Shown here: piece after piece, positions 61,984 through 64,000 of the stretch | How the letters are laid out: each line of letters starts with the position of its first letter | Numbering within the stretch: the stretch's first letter is position 1 | Assembly: GCA_964016885.1 (NCBI GenBank) | Contig: OZ024749.1 | Span: forward strand, 19,902,001-19,966,000 | From: Eledone cirrhosa | Lineage: Eukaryota | Reading direction: 5' to 3' | Length of the DNA: 64,000 nucleotides | The notes under the pieces: model-generated | Database searches by the model: none | Seen by the model: the letters and a program-made list of their open reading frames with translations, nothing else | What the model was told of the DNA's origin: nothing | Position numbers and translations under genes: made by a program

Positions 61984-64000
61984 ATAGCCAGTAATAAATT
62001 TAAAAGCATATTACTTGATGCTTTCGACAGTAAGGAAGAGCAATTAGAGTCGTACAATATAGAGGAACAGTGGGAATTCCTGAAAGCTAACCTGCTGAAG
62101 GCGGCAGATGAAGTCTGTGGCTGGAGCAGGCCTATAGGCAGGAGGAGAGTAACGTGGTGGTGGAACAGTAAGGTGGAGGAGTCAATTAAGGTAAAAAAGC
62201 AGGCTTGGAAAGTATGGCGGGATGGGGGAATTAGAGAAGACTATCAAGTGGCCAGGAGGGAAGCTAGGAGACAAGTGTACTTCGCAAGAAGGGAAGCAGA
62301 GGAAAGAAAGTTCAAGCATGTTCTACAACGCGAGGACCAAAAACGTGAGGTGTTCAGGATTACTAGGCAATGTGTCAAGGAAAACAGTGATATTGTCGGG
62401 GAGAAGTGTGTCCTTAATGATGATGGTGTACTTGCCATCACTGACACTCATAAGAAGGAAGCTTGAAAGTGTCACTACGAAAGGCTACTAAATGAGGAGA
62501 ATAATTGGGAGAAAGACAGTCTCCCCCACATCGACCCAATAGAGGGACCAGCAGTGCAAGTTGAAGGTAGTATAATAAGTAAGGCGATCAAAGACATGAA
62601 GACGGGCAAGGCGGCCTGGCCTTCGGAAATAGTTGCTGAAATGCTGAAAGCATCTGGAATGGTGGGACACACTATGGTCACTCGGATAGTAAACCAAGTC
62701 ATACAGAATGGGGTCGTTCCGAAGGACTAGCGCAGCAGCATTATCATTAACTGCTACAAGGGTAAAGGTGATGCCCTAGATAAGGGAAACTATAGAGGCA
62801 TTAAATTAATTGACCAGGTCATGAAGGTCACAGAAAAAGTAATAGCGCAACTAATCAGAGAGCGAATTGATCTAGACAAAATGCAATTCGGGTTTGTGTA
62901 CAACAGACGCTCTCTTCATTGTACGACAACTACAGGAGAAGTACCTAGCTAAAAGTAAACGCCTATACTTAGCCTTTGTTGACTTGGAGAAAGCCTTTGA
63001 CAGAGTACCCCGCTCGATTATCTGGTGGGCCCTTAGAAAACTAGGTGTTGATGAATGGCTTGTGGATGCTATACAAGCCATGTATAAAGAAACAGTCAGC
63101 AAGGTTAAAATTAACAACGAATATAGTGAAGAGTTTAGCGTAAAAGTTGGTGTTCATCAGGGCTCCGTCCTTAGCCCCCTACTATTTATTATTGCCCTTC
63201 AGGCTATAACAGAGGAGTTCAAGACCGGCTGCCCATGGGAACTCCTATATGCAGATGATCTAACGCTCATAGCTGAATCAATGGCGGAACTAGAGAAGAA
63301 ATTCCAAACATGGAAGCATGGCCTAGAATCAAAAGGCCTTAAAGTTAACTTGTCTAAGACTAAAGTTCTAGTTTGTAGGAAGGAAAATAGGGCACTGGTC
63401 CCATCTGGGAAATGGCCATGCTCAGTGTGTAGGAAAGGAGTAGGCAGAAACTCCATTTTATGTCCCAAATGCAAAGTATGGGTGCATAAAAGATGTAGTG
63501 GGATCACAGGTAAGCTAACTAAGAATATAGATTTTATATGTGGCCGGTGCTCTGGTACAATAAGTAGCAGCAAGTGCCCACAGAATACTAGCTCATTCCA
63601 TTGCACAGATGGTTCTATAGAAATAGTGGACATCTTCCGTTACCTGGGTGACAAAATCAGCAGTGGGGGAGGGTGCTCTGAAAGTACAGTAGCTGGAGTC
63701 AGAACGGGATGGAAAAAGTTCAGAGAGCTTATACCACTATTGGCCGCTAAAGGGTTCTCTCTAAAGGCAAGGCTGTATGATGCCTGCATACGAACAGCAA
63801 TGTTACATGGCAGTGAGACCTGGGCATTGAGTGCAGAGGATATACGCAGACTGGAGAGAAACGAAGTTTGCATGCTCCGCTGGATGTGTAATAGTAATAT
63901 ACGTGAACGGCAAAGCATAAACAAACTAAGGGTGAAATTAGGAATAAGAGGGATCAGATGTTGTTTACTCGAGAGAAGACTACGTTGGTACGGTCACATG
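61984..64000 (+). mobile_element. RTE family A, defective, running off the window end
   Basis: Highly similar to 55460-57212; WWN motif; YADD; PHD insert; several stops and frameshifts. Confidence 0.92.

Overview
Eukaryotic, repeat-saturated DNA with no confidently identifiable host gene. The mix of (TA)n/(CA)n microsatellites, RTE LINEs with (GAT)n tails, tRNA-derived SINEs and Penelope-like elements (PLEs) suggests a mollusc, probably an octopus-like cephalopod (inference only). Mobile elements: (i) three PLE families (RT + C-terminal GIY-YIG), several arranged as inverted or fold-back structures; (ii) a near-full-length Tx1-clade LINE inside a (GTCT/GTCA)n tract; (iii) several RTE families, one with a PHD-type zinc finger inside its RT; (iv) CR1 and CRE-like remnants; (v) a DD37D (maT) Tc1/mariner; (vi) TTAA-ended MITEs and SINEs. 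Tandem arrays have 48-, 61-, 40- and 38-bp units. Top observations: nine minimal hammerhead-ribozyme cores in PLE pseudo-LTRs, with three different palindromic stem-III hexamers; an NRF1+YY1 (plus ETS in one family) promoter cassette just upstream of these cores in two families; and an 8-kb, 61-bp satellite whose monomer derives from the RTE 3' UTR. Family names come from motifs read by eye; no searches were run.
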